DNA of 64,000 nt from Octopus vulgaris (GCA_951406725.2 OX597820.1:109988001-110052000), one strand, 5' to 3'. Shown: positions 25,842 to 40,799, counted from the stretch's first letter. The notes: a model not told the origin generated them from the sequence alone. Numbers and translations are program-made.

Positions 25842-27078
25842 GTAAGTAACAACATTTCTAACATACAGATGGTGATTGGGCAGAACTGAGTATAAGACAA
25901 ATCTTCTCGAAAATTTTACTAAATAGTTCTGAATCCATATCCTGGTGGCAACAAACTAACTAGTTTCCCATTGATCTGATCAATAGAACAGCCTGCTCAT
26001 GAAATTAACATGCAGATGGCTGAGCACTCCACAGACATGTGTAACCTTAACATAGTTCTCAGGGAGATTCAGCATGATACAGAATGTGACAAGGTTGGCC
26101 TTTTGAAATACAGATACTACTCATTTTGTCAGCTGAATGAACTGGAACAACATGAAATAAAGTGTCTTGCTCAAGGAGACAACATGCCACTATGTATCAA
26201 TCTTATGATATTATGATCTTGAGCTGAACACATAAACCAGGCACTTTCTGCAAATAAACTTAACAGCAGTGCCGAGTGGATTACATTTGAGCCAGTTTAA
26301 TCAACTGTATGTCTCACCTAACATTTGTCTTGTTAGAAGAAACATCATTTGCAGAGATATGTTTTTGAGTTTATTTTTTTAAATCCTGGTTTTTATTAAA
26401 GTTTACTTAGTGTTTCTTACTTGTGTTGTCTTCTGTAAAGTTTGCTCTGTAAAAAAGATCTTAAAGAAGTCCTCACATTGATTGCAACTTTGTTGATTAA
26501 TATAAGTACCAATAATTATGTGTTCAATTCAATATCTCTCCCTACCAACAATTGACTTCCTATCTCAGTAAGAAATAAACATTTAAAGGTTTTGTGTTTT
26601 TTAGATAATGAATGATCATAATTAACAAATCTGAATGATGAATTTTGTTTTGATAAATGTTAAAAAATGAGCTACCCATAATTTTTAGAGAAAAAGATAC
26701 GGGATGAATGAAGTTCATGTTCTTCTCAAAAGTGATATAATTGAAGTAACTTACCAGTGACATCTTCCTTGTTCTACTATGCATTTCTTGAAGACTTACA
26801 ATGAAATCTCAGGAGAATTAACATCTCAGAAAGCACTAAAAATTGACTATTTCTGTTTTTCCCTAATCTTGTCAACATTATCTTCACATATAAATTTTTC
26901 TATATGGACATAGGTTAAACGGGTTACAACAGTCTAAATCAGCTCCTATTTGGTGGTGTGACAGTGATGGGTTTAGCAGAAAGAATCAAGTAGTAGATAG
27001 AGAAATAGAAGAGAGAAAATGATATGCAGCTTTATGTGGGAAAACAGTGATAAAAAGAGGAGTAAATATATATATATA

Positions 27079-27622
<544 letters not shown>

Positions 27623-28077
27623 TAAAAAAACATCATTATGGAAAGACTGCCATTAGAAATAACTGAGAGCTTGGAGTAAATTTAAGCTGAAGCCACATAA
27701 CCTTGCACTTCACTCTATCTGAAGTACTTTCCTGCAGTAGCCAAAAATCTTTTGTCAAAGAATACAAAGTCACAAGTCTTTTCTATTTCTATTCTTTTAA
27801 AACACTCGTATACTCTTAATTTTCAGATTATTAACCTCATTTTTAGAGTTAAAATGCTGATTTAAAAATGTTTACATGAAAAATAACGTCTGAAGTAGTC
27901 TGAAAGCTTGATGTATCATAACTCAGCAATAACTCATCTCAAATATTTAAACATTTAAGTCTGTTGGTTTTAAAGAAAAAGAAAGAGTAATGCTATTATT
28001 AAGGGTCAAACCTGTATTTGAATTTAGATAAGATATGATTATTTTTGAGTTACTTTTCCTTTCATTTTCATTTGCAG

Positions 28078-28147
28078 GAAGAACTTAGAAAACTGGGAAA
28101 TTTTAGCAAAAGAATGTAAGACTAATGAGGAGACAGAAACCCGTTAA
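28078..28147 (+). CDS. PDE10A/pde-5-like last coding exon (KNLENWEILAKECKTNEETETR*)
   Basis: Pyrimidine tract plus tttgcag acceptor. Completes the split Lys codon. NL..W terminal PDE motif, TAA at 28145-28147. Confidence 0.9.
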
Positions 28148-28240
28148 AGATGTGATGTCAAGAAACCAGATGAAATAGGAAAAATAACAGAAATGAGCTG
28201 GATTCTGCATTTTATCAAGAATATGAATTTAATTGAAGAT

Positions 28241-28246
28241 AATAAA
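28241..28246 (+). promoter_or_regulatory. Candidate polyadenylation signal of the PDE gene
   Basis: AATAAA ~94 nt after the stop codon; another at ~28339. The hexamer is common in AT-rich DNA. Confidence 0.35.
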
Positions 28247-28429
28247 CATATTGCTTAAGTTTCTTCACCTTGCACTATCTTTTATGTTCTAAGTTCAAAC
28301 CTTGCTAAGGTGACTTTCACCCTTGTGAGGTTTGATGAAATAAATACAATTCAAGTCCTAGAATTGATTGTGCTCTTCCACAAAACTTGTGACTGTTAAA
28401 AGTTATTACATTTTACTTCTTAGATCTCT

Positions 28430-31400
28430 TGATCTTATTTACTCCAGTTAATCCTATGACAGCAATTTGTTGTCATAGGTCTCTTTCCACAAATTATAGA
28501 ACTTGGTACCTAGATGTTAAGTATTGTAGAAGATACTTAACATCCAAGTACCAATCTCAGATTTGATGTATCTGATTTGGTTGTTAATGCTCCAAGTGCC
28601 CCTACAATTACTGAGATGGCAGTTACTCTCTCTTCATTGCCCATATTCTTACAATTTTGTCTTTTAGCAGTCTGTATTTTTTCACCTTTTCCAACTGTTT
28701 GTCACTACACATACATCCCCAGGATGGCAACATCTATAATTTTAGTTTAATTTTTCTTTTTATCCACTACAACAATGTCTCATTTTTGGGTATCTATTAG
28801 AGAGTCACATTGGATTGTAAAATCCCACAAAATCTTATATTCATTATTTTCAATGATGCCTTCTGGTTCATGTTCATACCATTTCCTTGCACTTCTCACA
28901 CAATCTCCAGTAAACAAACTTGTCCATGTTATCATGCCTCCTTTGTTTATTCCTTTTGGACTAGTTTGTTATAACATGTGTTATTGTTTTGTTTTTGCTG
29001 TCACACATCTTACAAAGTTGCGATTCACTGCTCTTATCTATCTGGAACTTGGTGTAATTAGTTTTCAGAGCTTGTTCCTGGGTACAACATTTCAAAGCCT
29101 TGGTACATCCTTTCAGATCACTTTTCCTTAGTCACCTCTAGATGTTGGTCTTGTCTTTCTCTTCGATTTGGGTGTGTCACATTTTTGGTAGGTATTATGT
29201 TGCTATTTCTAACAGTAGCAAGCAAGGGTTCAATTTGCTGTTTGACATACCATCCCAGACGGTTTTCCTCGTTGACAATACAGATCTTGCATCCTATGAG
29301 GCCTCTTCCTCATACAGTCTATCAATATTGCTTTTAGAGTGCAGTTCCTTGTTCACGGTCATCACTTTCTTAGTTTTTCTATCTATTTCATCAGGGAAAA
29401 GGCCCTGGAAAAAGTTGCTTCCTCTCAAACTTCCCCATGGACAAGTAGAGGTTCTTGTACAGTTGCTACCTATAGTTGAAGTCTTGGTTAAAGGAAAGGT
29501 ATTCAAAGCTCTCGTGGATATGGGCCATACAATGTCTCTTATGACCCCAAAGGTGACTAAAAAGTGGAAGGTGGTAAGTAGTGTTAGGGCAGTCAACAGC
29601 AATGAAATTAGATGAAAGGGTAGCAGTGAAGTGGAGATGGCAGTGCAGGGCACAACACAAAGGCTGTGAGTAATTGTGATCAACCATGTAGTAGATGAAA
29701 TTGATGTGATGATGGGTATGGATGCAATCTACCACCTAGGTGGTGTCATTGTTAGTGGAGACATGGTTTCATCTGATGGTGCAGGGGTGTCATGCACTGT
29801 GAATCTGCAACAAGAGAGTGGGCAGAGCCCTAGGGAAATGGTTGAGTTGCATTGGAAAGGGGGAGCCCTCAATGCTGAGGAACAGGCTACGCTGTTATCA
29901 GCATACATTGAAAGGAGATGCCAGAACTGATTTTGAAGGAAGGTCAGTGATGGATCAAAGGGGATATCCTAATCCCATGGAAGGAGGAAGTGAAGAGCAG
30001 AGTGTTTCCACTAATAGCAATGGTGCAGCCAACGAAGGGCAAGGTCAAGCTGTACTGGACTTTTGAGAGCTGAATGGCCATGTATTGTCACACGGGTGGT
30101 GAGGTAGCTGGTGTCTGCAGAGAGATGTTGCATGAATGGAGACAGATGATGAGGGCTGCAACAATTGTTGACTTAAAGTCAGCATATCTGCAGCTCACAT
30201 GAGTAAGAAATTGTGGAAGTATCAGCTAGTGAGACATAAGGGCCAGACATATTGGTTAACTAGACTGAGTTTCAGGCTGAATTCTGCACCAAAGATCATG
30301 ACAACAGTGCTCAAATCTATCCTGGGAAAAGTGGACACGGTCAAAAAGACCACCAATTCCTATACAGATGAGATCTTGGTAGACGAGACTGTAGTGTCTA
30401 TCACAGAGATCATAGATCACCTAATGAAGATCAGGCTAACTGCGAAACCACTGGAGCCAATGGTTGGAGGAGCTGCACTGGGGATCAAGCTACGAAATAG
30501 GTGTGTTGATATTTCAGAGAGGAAATGAGATTTCAGAATTGGGCACTATTCTTGATGTGTGGGAGACTAGTGGGTTACTATCCAATCACAGGATGGCTTT
30601 GAACAGCATGCAGCTACATCAAGTAACAAGCAGATGAGACAAAGTGGGAGAGAGGATGGTGGCTATGATGCAGGAGATCCTAGAACAGGACCATATGGTG
30701 TGATGCATAGCAATAGGGGTTGTCCTGGAAATCAGGGGTGTCAAAATGGAGGATGCAACCTGGCTCAGAAAAGCAGATGACTACAACCACATCAACATGT
30801 CTGAGTTGGATGCTCTGCTGAAGTGGGTGAATCTGGCTCTGAGATGGAGGTGAATTCTATTGAAATCCAAAATGATTTGGCTACTGTGCTTGGATGGGTG
30901 AGATCAGTGATCACTGATGAAAGGAGGGTTCAAACAAAAGGGGCTGCAGAGATGTTAGTGAAGCACTGGGTGAACTAGCAGCCAAACTTGGTTTGAAGGT
31001 GAGCATGGTCTTTATGTCCTCAGAAAGGAATAAGGCAGATATTTCACAAGGGTGAAAAAGGCTTGGTTGGCAGTGCTGGAAGATTTAAAGCAAGGGATAG
31101 CTGCAGTGTGTCAGCTAGGTGACTTGGAACTAAGGAGACTGCACACCATGCATCATATGGGCATGGATAGAACCCTGTATCTTACCAGGAAAGTTGACTC
31201 CAATGTCACTAGGTAGAGTATCCAAAAGTGGTCAGGAGCTGTTATAGGTGTCAACTGACCCTGCTCCAGGTGTGCATGAGCTGGGAAACATCTCAGTAGA
31301 GCACAACTGGAGACAATTGGCAGTGAATGTGATACACTACCAAGCAGGGGACATATTTCTTGATGGTTAACTGTGGACTGAGTCAGACAGCGATATGGAG

Positions 31401-32640
31401 GGAAATTAAGACGGGCACTGCAGTTGAGGTTGCACAAATCCTGAATGAGGTATTCCTGAAGTGGGGCCCTGTGGATAAATTTCTGATGGACAACAGTACT
31501 GCATTTTGCTCGATGGTGGTGGATGGGTGGGGGGAGATGAGGTGAACCGGGAGGAAAGTGTCAGTGATGTCAATGGCTGAGAGAGCCCTACCAGAAAAGG
31601 AGAAGTGAGAAGTTTATGTGAACAGAAGTAGGACCAGTGTGGCCCTCTTTTGCTTTGGGCAGTGGCAACAGACAGAAGTGAGTGGACATATGAGCTAGAG
31701 AGGAGATTTGCCATTAGATTCTAGCGATAGGATTGACAGGTAGGGTGCTTTTTGGATGTAACCCAGTTGGTTGGTGATGCTGCAAGGAAACTTGAGAGGT
31801 AGGTGAATCACACTTTGTTCATACCTCTTGATTTTTGTAGCTTTAGCTCTTCAAGGAATACATTAAGCCCCTTTTTTTGATCCTGTACCTACGTTCCAGT
31901 TCCTGATATTTCTCCTTCCTGGTTTTATCTTGTTTCTTTCTTTTCAAGGTTTTCATTGGTTACTTTATCCTTCTTTTCCATCAAGGTTCTTTTTATACAT
32001 TTCCTCTTTTATGGTTTGGTTCAAGACCTACTTTCCTTCCTATATAGATGATACATGCTTTAATCAATCTATTTGTTCCAGTTATATTATCTATCTTAAT
32101 TTCTTTCAGCTTCTGAGCCCATCCCCTAAGCAAAATCCTACTCACTTTAGTGGTAGCATGGTTGATGAAGCAATCAACCACCCAAGACAGCAATAGTATC
32201 AATAAAAATTATCTCTACCAAATCACAAGTACTGGGCTGCTGGCAACTAAATCAGCAACCCCACTAAAGAGTAATCCCATGTCCAAATTTTCTCAGTCCT
32301 TCTATATTCTCAAGACTTAAACCAGTATAATTCTCAGAACTTTCATTAAATACAATCTTGTAGATATTCTCTGTAGCCACCTCAACTTCACTCTGTGTTT
32401 TTCATTGTCATTCTTAATCTCATCAACCTCTAATGCTGTTAGCCATCCTTTCTTTCTTATGGTCCTTGCCTGGTCACAGAGTCTCTGTTCTGTAATATCT
32501 AAGCCCTGCATCTCCATCCATGCATTCTCTTTCTATATCCTTTTATGGGCTTTCCTTCATCAACAGGTTTACTCAAAAAATAACATTCCATGACAGCTGG
32601 CTCATTGCTTTAATTCATTTTGTTCTGACAGCTGTATAAT
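28430..32640 (-). mobile_element. Dong/R4-like LINE remnant split by a Gypsy insertion (pieces ~28430-29170 and ~31810-32640)
   Basis: 28430-29170 is colinear with 4650-5470. The 5' piece has TEQRLCDQARTIRKKGWLTALE and IDNITGTNRLIKA. Confidence 0.7.
29395..31545 (+). mobile_element. Gypsy-like LTR retrotransposon pol remnant
   Basis: In order: protease KALVDMG; RT DLKSAYLQL, FRLNSAPKIM, SYTDEILV; RNase H HINMSELDALL; integrase-like MDNSTAF. Many stops. Confidence 0.8.
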
Positions 32641-32677
32641 GATGTATAATTCTCAGAACTTTCATTAAATACAATGT

Positions 32678-32992
32678 GCATGGCTTAGTGGTTAGAGCAT
32701 TCAACTCACAATTGTAAGATTATGAGTTCAATTCCTGGCAACGCGTTGTGTCCTTGAGCAAGACACTTTATTTCATGTTGCTCTGGTTCACTCAGCTGGC
32801 AAAAATAAGTTGTACCTATATTTCAAAGGGTCAGCCTTGTCACACTCTGTGTCACGCTGAATCTCCATGAGAACTACATTAGGGGCACATGTGTCTGTGG
32901 AGTGCTCAGCCACTTGCACATTAATTTCACAAACAAGCTGTTCTGTTGATTGTATCAGCTGGGACCCTCGTCATCGTAATGACAGAGTGCTC
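32678..32992 (+). mobile_element. tRNA-derived SINE (second family); related copies at ~25965-26230(-) and ~33800-34086(-)
   Basis: A-box TGGCTTAGTGGTTAG, B-box GAGTTCAATTCC, then TTGTGTCCTTGAGCAAGACACTT. Confidence 0.8.
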
Positions 32993-34259
32993 TTTAGATA
33001 ATGATGACTGAGTTTGTGCTTCTCACCCACAGGGAACCTCCTGGACAAGTGTCCATTATCTGCAGTTCCATCCTTATTTATACCATTATTTATTTTAATT
33101 CTTTTATGCATTACCTAATATTTTTATCAAGGCACTATCTCTAGAAGGGTTTGTCTAAAAAGACTCCAAGGATCCCTCTAACCTTAAAAGTTTAAGTGAG
33201 CTGGACACCAACCCAGTACTCTGACCTCTGCAGCTGGTGAAGTATATATGTATACATACACATATCTACACATGCATACGTACACACACATAAATATAAT
33301 TATTATTCATCATTGTTATTATAACTGCTGTATTAAGTGGTAAAAGCTTAATTGGCAGCACAACTAATAAAAATTTGCTAGTTGGAAGATTGTTGATTCC
33401 TCAAAGTCCGTCCACCTTTAGACAGACCTGGTATTTCATCCTGCAGAGTGACCAAATAGCAAGTTCTGTGGGGTTGCTGATTCAGTTGCCATTCAGTAGA
33501 GACAATTTTTATTAATACTATTGCTGTCTTGGGTGGTGATTGCTTCATCAACCATTCTACCACTAAAAAAAATTGGTGGGGAGGGAGAGAAATGCTGTAT
33601 GTGAGAAGACACAAAACAAAAAGAAAATGTGCCTGCGAGAGAGTAAACCCAACAGAATTTAGTAGTTTTAATAGAGAATTTTAAAATTTTGTAGAACCGC
33701 TGAAGATGTTGCTGTTGAGCAAACGGTCTTCGTCCCAGAGCTCACAAGATGGGAGAAGTCCGAAACGTGGTCCTTTGCCATTCATAAGACCCGCAGAAGA
33801 GATAGCAGGTCACCCCACCGACACCGAGAGCATCAACGGATGGATGAATGCGCATCCAGGCTCAGCGGTTGTGTAGAAAGTCGGGTACAAGAAACAGGAA
33901 GAAAGAGTGAGAGAAAGTTGGAGTGAAAGAGTACAACAGGGGTTGCCACCACCCCCTGCCGGAGCCTCGTGGAGCTTTTGGTGTTTTCGCTCAATAAACA
34001 CACACAATGCCCGGTCTGGGAATCGAAACCGCGATCCTCCGACTGCGAGTCCGCTTGCCCTAACCATTGGGCCATTGCACCTCCACGCTGTTGCTGCTTA
34101 TTATTATTACTGTTATTACTATTACTGTCAGTATAATTATCATTGTCACCACTACCATACCATTATCCCTCTTTTATTATTAAAATAATTGCTGGAGCAG
34201 TTTGGTTTGCTTGAGTTTCTACTTGGACATAAGGTCACAAGAGTAGGGATTATTACATA

Positions 34260-36015
34260 TTGCTACTACTGCTACAACTCCTATTGGTGAATCTCTACTT
34301 GTACCCGGAATTTTTCACTGTACTCATTGCCCACTCTCACCTTATTGGCAGCTCTCACTAACCACTTGTCTATCCCCAGTTTCCACATTGACCACTGGAT
34401 AAGGGATTGGGGGGACCCTGTCAGAGGCTTTCTCCATGTCAACAAAAGCCAAGTACAGAGGTTTATCTTTGGCTATGTATTTCTCCTGTAGCTGCCTTAC
34501 CAGAAATGCTGCCTTAACAGAAATACTGCATCTCATCGAGACTAACTTTCTCCCTAATTAGTTAGGCTATGACCCTCTCTGCGATTTTAATACCTCTGTA
34601 ATTATTTCCATCTCAGGCATCACCTTGTAGCAGTTGATTATGGTGCAGCTACACCAGTCATTGGTTATGACTCCTTCATGAACCATCTGATTTATAATAC
34701 GAGTGACTAGACTATAACCCACACCACCAGATATCTTAAACATCTCAGCAGTGATTCCTGAAGAGTTGGAGGCTTTCCTTGTCTTCATATTCTTAATTGC
34801 TTTATCTACCAAGGTACTATCAGTTGAGATAGCTAGTCTCTCAATTGGGCCAGCATTTGACAGATTCTCATCTTCTCATTCTTTCTCTACATTCAGCAGT
34901 CTTTCATAATAGTATTTCCAAGCCATTTTCTTTGCAGAATCATTAAATGCAAGTGTTCCATCATCCATACGGACACATTTCTCTCCTATATCATCACAAT
35001 TTTCTCTTACACACTGTCTTGCAATCTGAAACACTTCAAGTCTTTGGTCCTCACACTGCTGAACATAAAGCAAAGTTCTTCTGCTTCTCCTTTGGCTAGA
35101 TATACCTGTCTCCTAGCTTCAATTCTGGCTATCTGATACAGTTACCTGCTACCCCCACTCTTCCAGGCCTGTTTCTTTGCTCTAATGACAGCATCGTTCC
35201 ACCATCACGTCACCCTTGGGCTGGATGGCAGCAGCTACAGCTTTGGTCTGTGGCACTCAGAAAGCTGTCCCGCAGGAATTCCCAGTAGTCCTCTATGACA
35301 CAAGTCTGTAGCTCCTCCTCTCTTTCATCAAATTTCTCAATTAGGATGTCCCTGAATCTCTGACCATATGAAAAGTCCTTAAGCTTCCAAATTCTTCTCT
35401 TCCAGATTGGTCTGCTTGGCATCCTTCTGTCTAAAGGTCACTAATGATTAGTCTATGCCGTGGGGTACATTCTTCACCAGGAGCAACCATGCATCCTGCT
35501 GTCTGGTGAAAATGTAATTTATCTGGCGAGCATAGTCACCTGATTGGTAGATTATCAGGTGGCTGGCTGGCCTCCTGAAGTTGGTGCTGCAGATCAACAG
35601 GTTATTTTCATCACAAAACTCCAGTAGCCTTGTTCACTCTTTGTTTCAGGAACCAATTCCATGGCCCCCATGTACACCATGGAAGATACCAGGCTGCCGT
35701 CCGACATGCCACAAAGATGAGTTCATTGTCACTCATTTTTGAGGTAGGCTGCAGAAGAATATCATAAAAGGGCTCCTTTTGTTCATTTGGTAGGCCTGCT
35801 TGTGGGGCATAGGCAGAGGTAATTGTCATTATACTATTTTGCAAGACTAGCCTGAGCTTAAGTACTCTATAGCAAAATCTGACTACCTCTATGACCTTAT
35901 CCACCCATTTCTCTGCAAAAAGTATGCCCACACCACCTACCCTGTCACTGTTACCTTCCCAGAAAATTTTATACTTATGTGTCTTGCCTGTGAGGAACCT
36001 ATCTGAAGCTCATCT
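34260..36015 (-). mobile_element. RTE-clade LINE remnant (APE endonuclease to RT)
   Basis: GILFAEKWVDKV...SAYAPQAGL, GITAEMFK and LAFVDMEKASDRVP; fragmented. Confidence 0.85.
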
Positions 36016-36472
36016 ATACCTTGGCTTGTTACTAAGGAAACGGACACCAATATGTATGTGCATTCAATTGGCTAGAATTACCCAAAACTTGCAAACTTTA
36101 AAAGCTATTAACTTTTTATTTATTAATTTATGGTAAAAATGAATTTCCATAATTAGCATACAAAACATCAATACACAAAATTTGAAAACAATTGGAACAA
36201 AATCAAAAGAATTGAAAACTGTGAACAAAACAGAAAGGATTTGAATGAACTTTCAAATGCAAAAGACAAACAGAATAATTAAGTAGAGATGCTGCAAGAG
36301 AGTAGAAATGCTATTGAATAATTCAGAAAACTATTTCAGAATGACACCGGCTCATTTTGAATGATTTAGAAAGTAAAAATCTTATCAATTGAACAAATTT
36401 AACAGCTTCAAATGCTAAAGAGTTACTCACAAAAACAAAAAAAAATACATATAGACACATAGCTTATTATAT

Positions 36473-37125
36473 ATCATCATCATCATTATCATCGTTTGAC
36501 GTCCGCTTTCCATGCTACATGGGTTGGACGATTTTGACTGAGGGCTGGCAAACCATATGGCTGCATCAGGCTCCAGTCTCGATCTGGTAGAGTTTCTACA
36601 GCTGGATGTTCTTCCTAACACCAACCACTTCGAGAGTGAAGTGGGTGCTTTTTACATGCCACCGGCACGGGGTCCAGTCAGGCAGTACAGGCAATGACCT
36701 CGCTCGAATCTTTTTACACATGCCACCAGCACAGGTGCCAGTAAGGTGACGCTGGTAACAATCACGCTCAAATGGTGCCCTTTTACGTGCCACTGGCATG
36801 GAAGCCAGTTAGCTGCTCTGGAAACGATCACACTCGTATGGTGCTCTTTGCACCCCGCTAGCATGGATGCCAGTCATCGAATTTGATTTTGATTTCACTT
36901 GCCTCAACAGGTCTTCGCAAGCAGAGTTTAGTGTCCAAAGAAGGAAAAGGTACACATAAGTGGGCTGGTTACGCTCCTGGCATAGGCCACGAAGTTATGG
37001 TCTCATTTGGCTTGCTGGGTCTTCTCAAGCACAGCATATTTCCAAAGTCTCAGTCACTAGTCATTTCCTTGGTGAGGCCTAAAGTTCGAAGGTCGTGCTT
37101 CACGACTCCATCCCAGGTCTTCCAC
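36473..37125 (-). mobile_element. RTE LINE 3' end with long repeat-containing 3' UTR
   Basis: KTWDGVVKHDLRTLGL C-terminus, followed by GTGGCACGTAAAA repeats and a (GAT)n tail. Confidence 0.75.
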
Positions 37126-37677
37126 AGATTCCCTCAACTGCTAGGGTGATGTTATTAGAATGTTTGCATGATGCTGTCATTTTAGTAAAATATGCATAAA
37201 ATCATACTTCACAACTCACTTCAGTTCTAAAATCTGTCACATATTCAGATGCTAAGATTAAAATATTCCCATTGCTATTTATTCAAGCTGCAATGGTTTT
37301 TATGGTTGATAGAGTGTATGGGATATTGCAGCTTAAAGTTATGTTTTTGTCAGAGTATTGAGGTATTTCTTGAAGTTGCTGATATCACTGGGACTCCATC
37401 TGAAATGGTAATGACCCTTACATAGTTCTCTGGAGAACTCTACTCTGTATTGTTGACTGCAACAACTTGACTCCAAGCTAGCTGGAGGAGAATAATTCTG
37501 AGCTATTTTTCTCTTAGAATGGAATAGTTTATTTGTGTCTAGGGAGAGTCATTACGTTAATATTATTAACATACACTACTTCAATTCCACTCCTTTATTA
37601 TTAGTCAATTGGTTAAATATCCAACTAACTAATCAATTGTTTGTTTAACTTGGTTAAACAGTTGGTCATTTGTTTTG

Positions 37678-39010
37678 TTACCCTGTGCGCATAAGTGAAA
37701 GCAGGGCATTGTAATCACTTATCTTTGTCTGTGTGTTTGCAAAATTACTGGAAAACAACTGAACAGATTTTCACTGAATTTTGCAGAAACACTCATTGAG
37801 TGGCTTGAAATGATGAAAATTTGGTTTGATTAACTTCAAATATACATAAATACATGCATAGATATGTGACTGTGTGTGTGTACAGTGATGGATTCAAGGG
37901 CTTCGTTTATTTACGAGTTGATTTCTTAATTTCACCAGTGTATAAATACCTATAATGGTGAAACACTTCTCAAACTCTGTGCAATATTTTCTATAAGTAT
38001 TTCATTTTGCTCACTTTTTTCATATGAATTTACCCTTGTCTGCGTGTATATAGATCATGGGCTACCTATGCATGTAGACACATTTGGGTACATACATACA
38101 TACACACATACATGCATGCATGAATACATACATGGATATGCGACTCTTGTGTGTGTGTGTGTACAGTGATATATTCAAGGGTTTTGTTTATTTATAAGTT
38201 AATTTATTAATTTCACCGGAGTATAAATACCTATTCTGTTATTCTTTTATTTGTTTTGGTCATTTGACTGTTGCCATGCTGGAGTACCACTTTTAGTCGA
38301 GTAAATCAACTAAAAATCGACTATTCTTTGTAAGTCTAGTACTTATTCTATCAGTTTCTTTTGCCAAACTGCTAAGTTACGGAGACATAAACACACCAGC
38401 ATCAGTTGTCAAGCAATGTTGGGGGGACAAACACAGACACACACATGTATATACATATATACAATGGGCTTCTTTCAGTTTCTGTCTACCAAATCCACTC
38501 ACACGGCTTTGGTTGGCTCGAGGCTATAGTAGAAGACACTTGCCCAAGATGCCACGCAGTGGGACTGAACCCGGAGCCATGTGGTTGGTAAGCAAGCTAC
38601 TTACTACACAGCCACTTCTATGCCTATAATAGTGAAACTTTTTTTAAATAAAAAAAAAATCAAGCTTACAAATTTCCCGATAAGCAAGTGGTCATATCAT
38701 TTATATCCTACAATGAACTACAGTACGTTTGATTCCCCTGCCATCATTGAAAGATGTTGAAAACACTTAAATTTTTTGCAATTATTTCTATAAGTATTTC
38801 ATTTCATTTTTTTTTCATGTGAATTGTTCCTTGTCTGTGTGTGTATAGATCATGGTGTACCTATGTGTGTAGACACATATGGGTACATGTGCATGTAAAT
38901 ACATACATAGATATACAACTGTGCATGTGTGTGTACACTGATGGATTCATTTATTTACAAGTTGATTTCTTAATTTCACTGGAGTATTAATACCTATAAT
39001 GGTGGTACTT
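37678..39010 (+). mobile_element. Helentron/DINE-1-like non-autonomous element with three internal repeats (~37860, ~38135, ~38910) and a nested SINE
   Basis: TTACCCTG...CAGGG hairpin, GTCTGT and GAACAGATTTT core, followed by ~290-bp repeats. Confidence 0.5.
38235..38615 (-). mobile_element. tRNA-derived SINE (OR-like family)
   Basis: Reverse complement of the copy at 43796-44152. Confidence 0.85.
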
Positions 39011-39239
39011 CAAAAAAATAATAATAATTCAGTTCAATTAGGGTATGTGTGCATGTGTATGCATGATGTGTGTGTGGTCATGTGTTTCTATCTACTTGTG
39101 TGTGTGTGTGCATGTGTCTGTACTATTTACCTACTTGTCTATCTCCCCACATAATTAACTAAGTTACTAACAATCTATATAACCTAACCAAACAACCTAA
39201 AAGCTTACTTATCTACCTACCTGTCTACTTACAAATGTA

Positions 39240-40010
39240 CCTATATATGTACGCTGTGGTTGGTATCCGAGGCATTGAGGTATCTGTACCTCCATTTATT
39301 TTCTATTTAGTATGGGTTATGTTTCATTTATGAGGATGTACTCTTGTATTTGTCTAAGTGATTGGTCCTTCAGGTATTTGGACAAAATGTGGATGTCATT
39401 TCAGCCCAACATGCAGCCATGTTGGTCTTTGGCATGATGAGTCGCTCCAGTATTCATTTAGCCTCTCCACTAAACTCATAAGTCTTCCCAATGTATGTCA
39501 TGTTTCTGTCTTTACAAACTCCTTCCATGCACCTTATGCTGTAGACTACGTTCCTTAGTTTTACAGTTAATATTGGGGTTAAAGTTACATACCTCACAGT
39601 TCTCATTAGTGCATGTAGTATTTTCGAAGGGGTACATCTTACATAATTGAGATCTGATGGAGCTCCCTGGTTTCTCAACAATTTTAATGTTGAGTTTGGT
39701 GTCCTTCAGAACCTTCCTAAACCTATGGATAATTCTCCATGAGGTGTGCCTCCACAAACATCACTCCTTGATATTTATCAGTCTTGTACCAAGTGTTCAC
39801 TCTGTTTGCTTTGTCAGAAACACTCTGTACTATTCTAGTCTTTACCTCTATATCTAGCATGGATATCACTGGCTTCACTTCATATGGTGTTATCTCATTT
39901 CTTTCTAGCTCTCCTATATATTTAAATCCAATCGTTCTGGTCGTATCCAGAAAATTGCATGTGGATCATGGGTTCACATTATTCATTATCTGCTGCTGTT
40001 AGTATGCTAA
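39240..40010 (-). mobile_element. Penelope-like remnant (GIY-YIG)
   Basis: CEVC...NCKTK and NVVYSIRCMEGVCKDRNMTYIGKT. Confidence 0.75.
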
Positions 40011-40799
40011 TTTTCATATTGTGTGACAAACAATCAATTAGTTAGTTGGATATTTAACCAATTGACTAATAATAAAGGTGTGGAATTGGATCAGTATGTG
40101 TGTTATTAATATTGGTGTAATGACTCACCCTAGACTCAACAAAATTTGTTTCAACACACAAATTTACATAAAGCATCTTACAAACCAGATACAAAAATAA
40201 AATGTAATAGTTATCTTCAATATAATTTGGTATCATGATTTTGGTGACAAAATCAGAGGTAGATCTGTAACTTTGATGAACATCTGTTCTTTTTCTCTAA
40301 GGAATAAAATGTATGCTTTCTTTTAGGTATTTTAGGAGCTGAGCATACCCAAAACATGTTGTACTGTTGTGGTTACTTCTAAGCTTATCAGCCTGTTACT
40401 GAATTCAAGCTTATCTTACATCAGATATATCAATATAATTAATAATTGTCCTTCCTTATACACACTTGTAATATCAGAGAACAACTTTTGCATGTTTACC
40501 AGTGAGATTGAACTAATTATCCAATATTTATTTGCCTGCCAATGTTATACAGTTAAGAGATATTTCCTTCAAATATTGGTCCTATTATACAATGTGTTTA
40601 AGCCATTTCATTTGCAAAGCTATGGAAGACTAGACTTGGTGTCAAGGTTTTCTTAAACTTTCTACTCCTTTACTGTTCTCCTATTGGATCTTTTCTTTCT
40701 GTAAGTGATTTACTTATCTAAAACATTTGAGATCTTTGTCTCCAGGGAATGGTTTTTATGACAAATTCGCAATATATATATATATATACAGATAGATAA

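Noticed and set aside
32678-32750. tRNA gene
   Set aside because: The A and B boxes continue into SINE body sequence, and I could not build an intact cloverleaf.
33695-33775. Possible double hammerhead (CTGAAGA... and ...TCCGAAAC)
   Set aside because: Each half lacks one catalytic box and I could not build consistent stems I and III.
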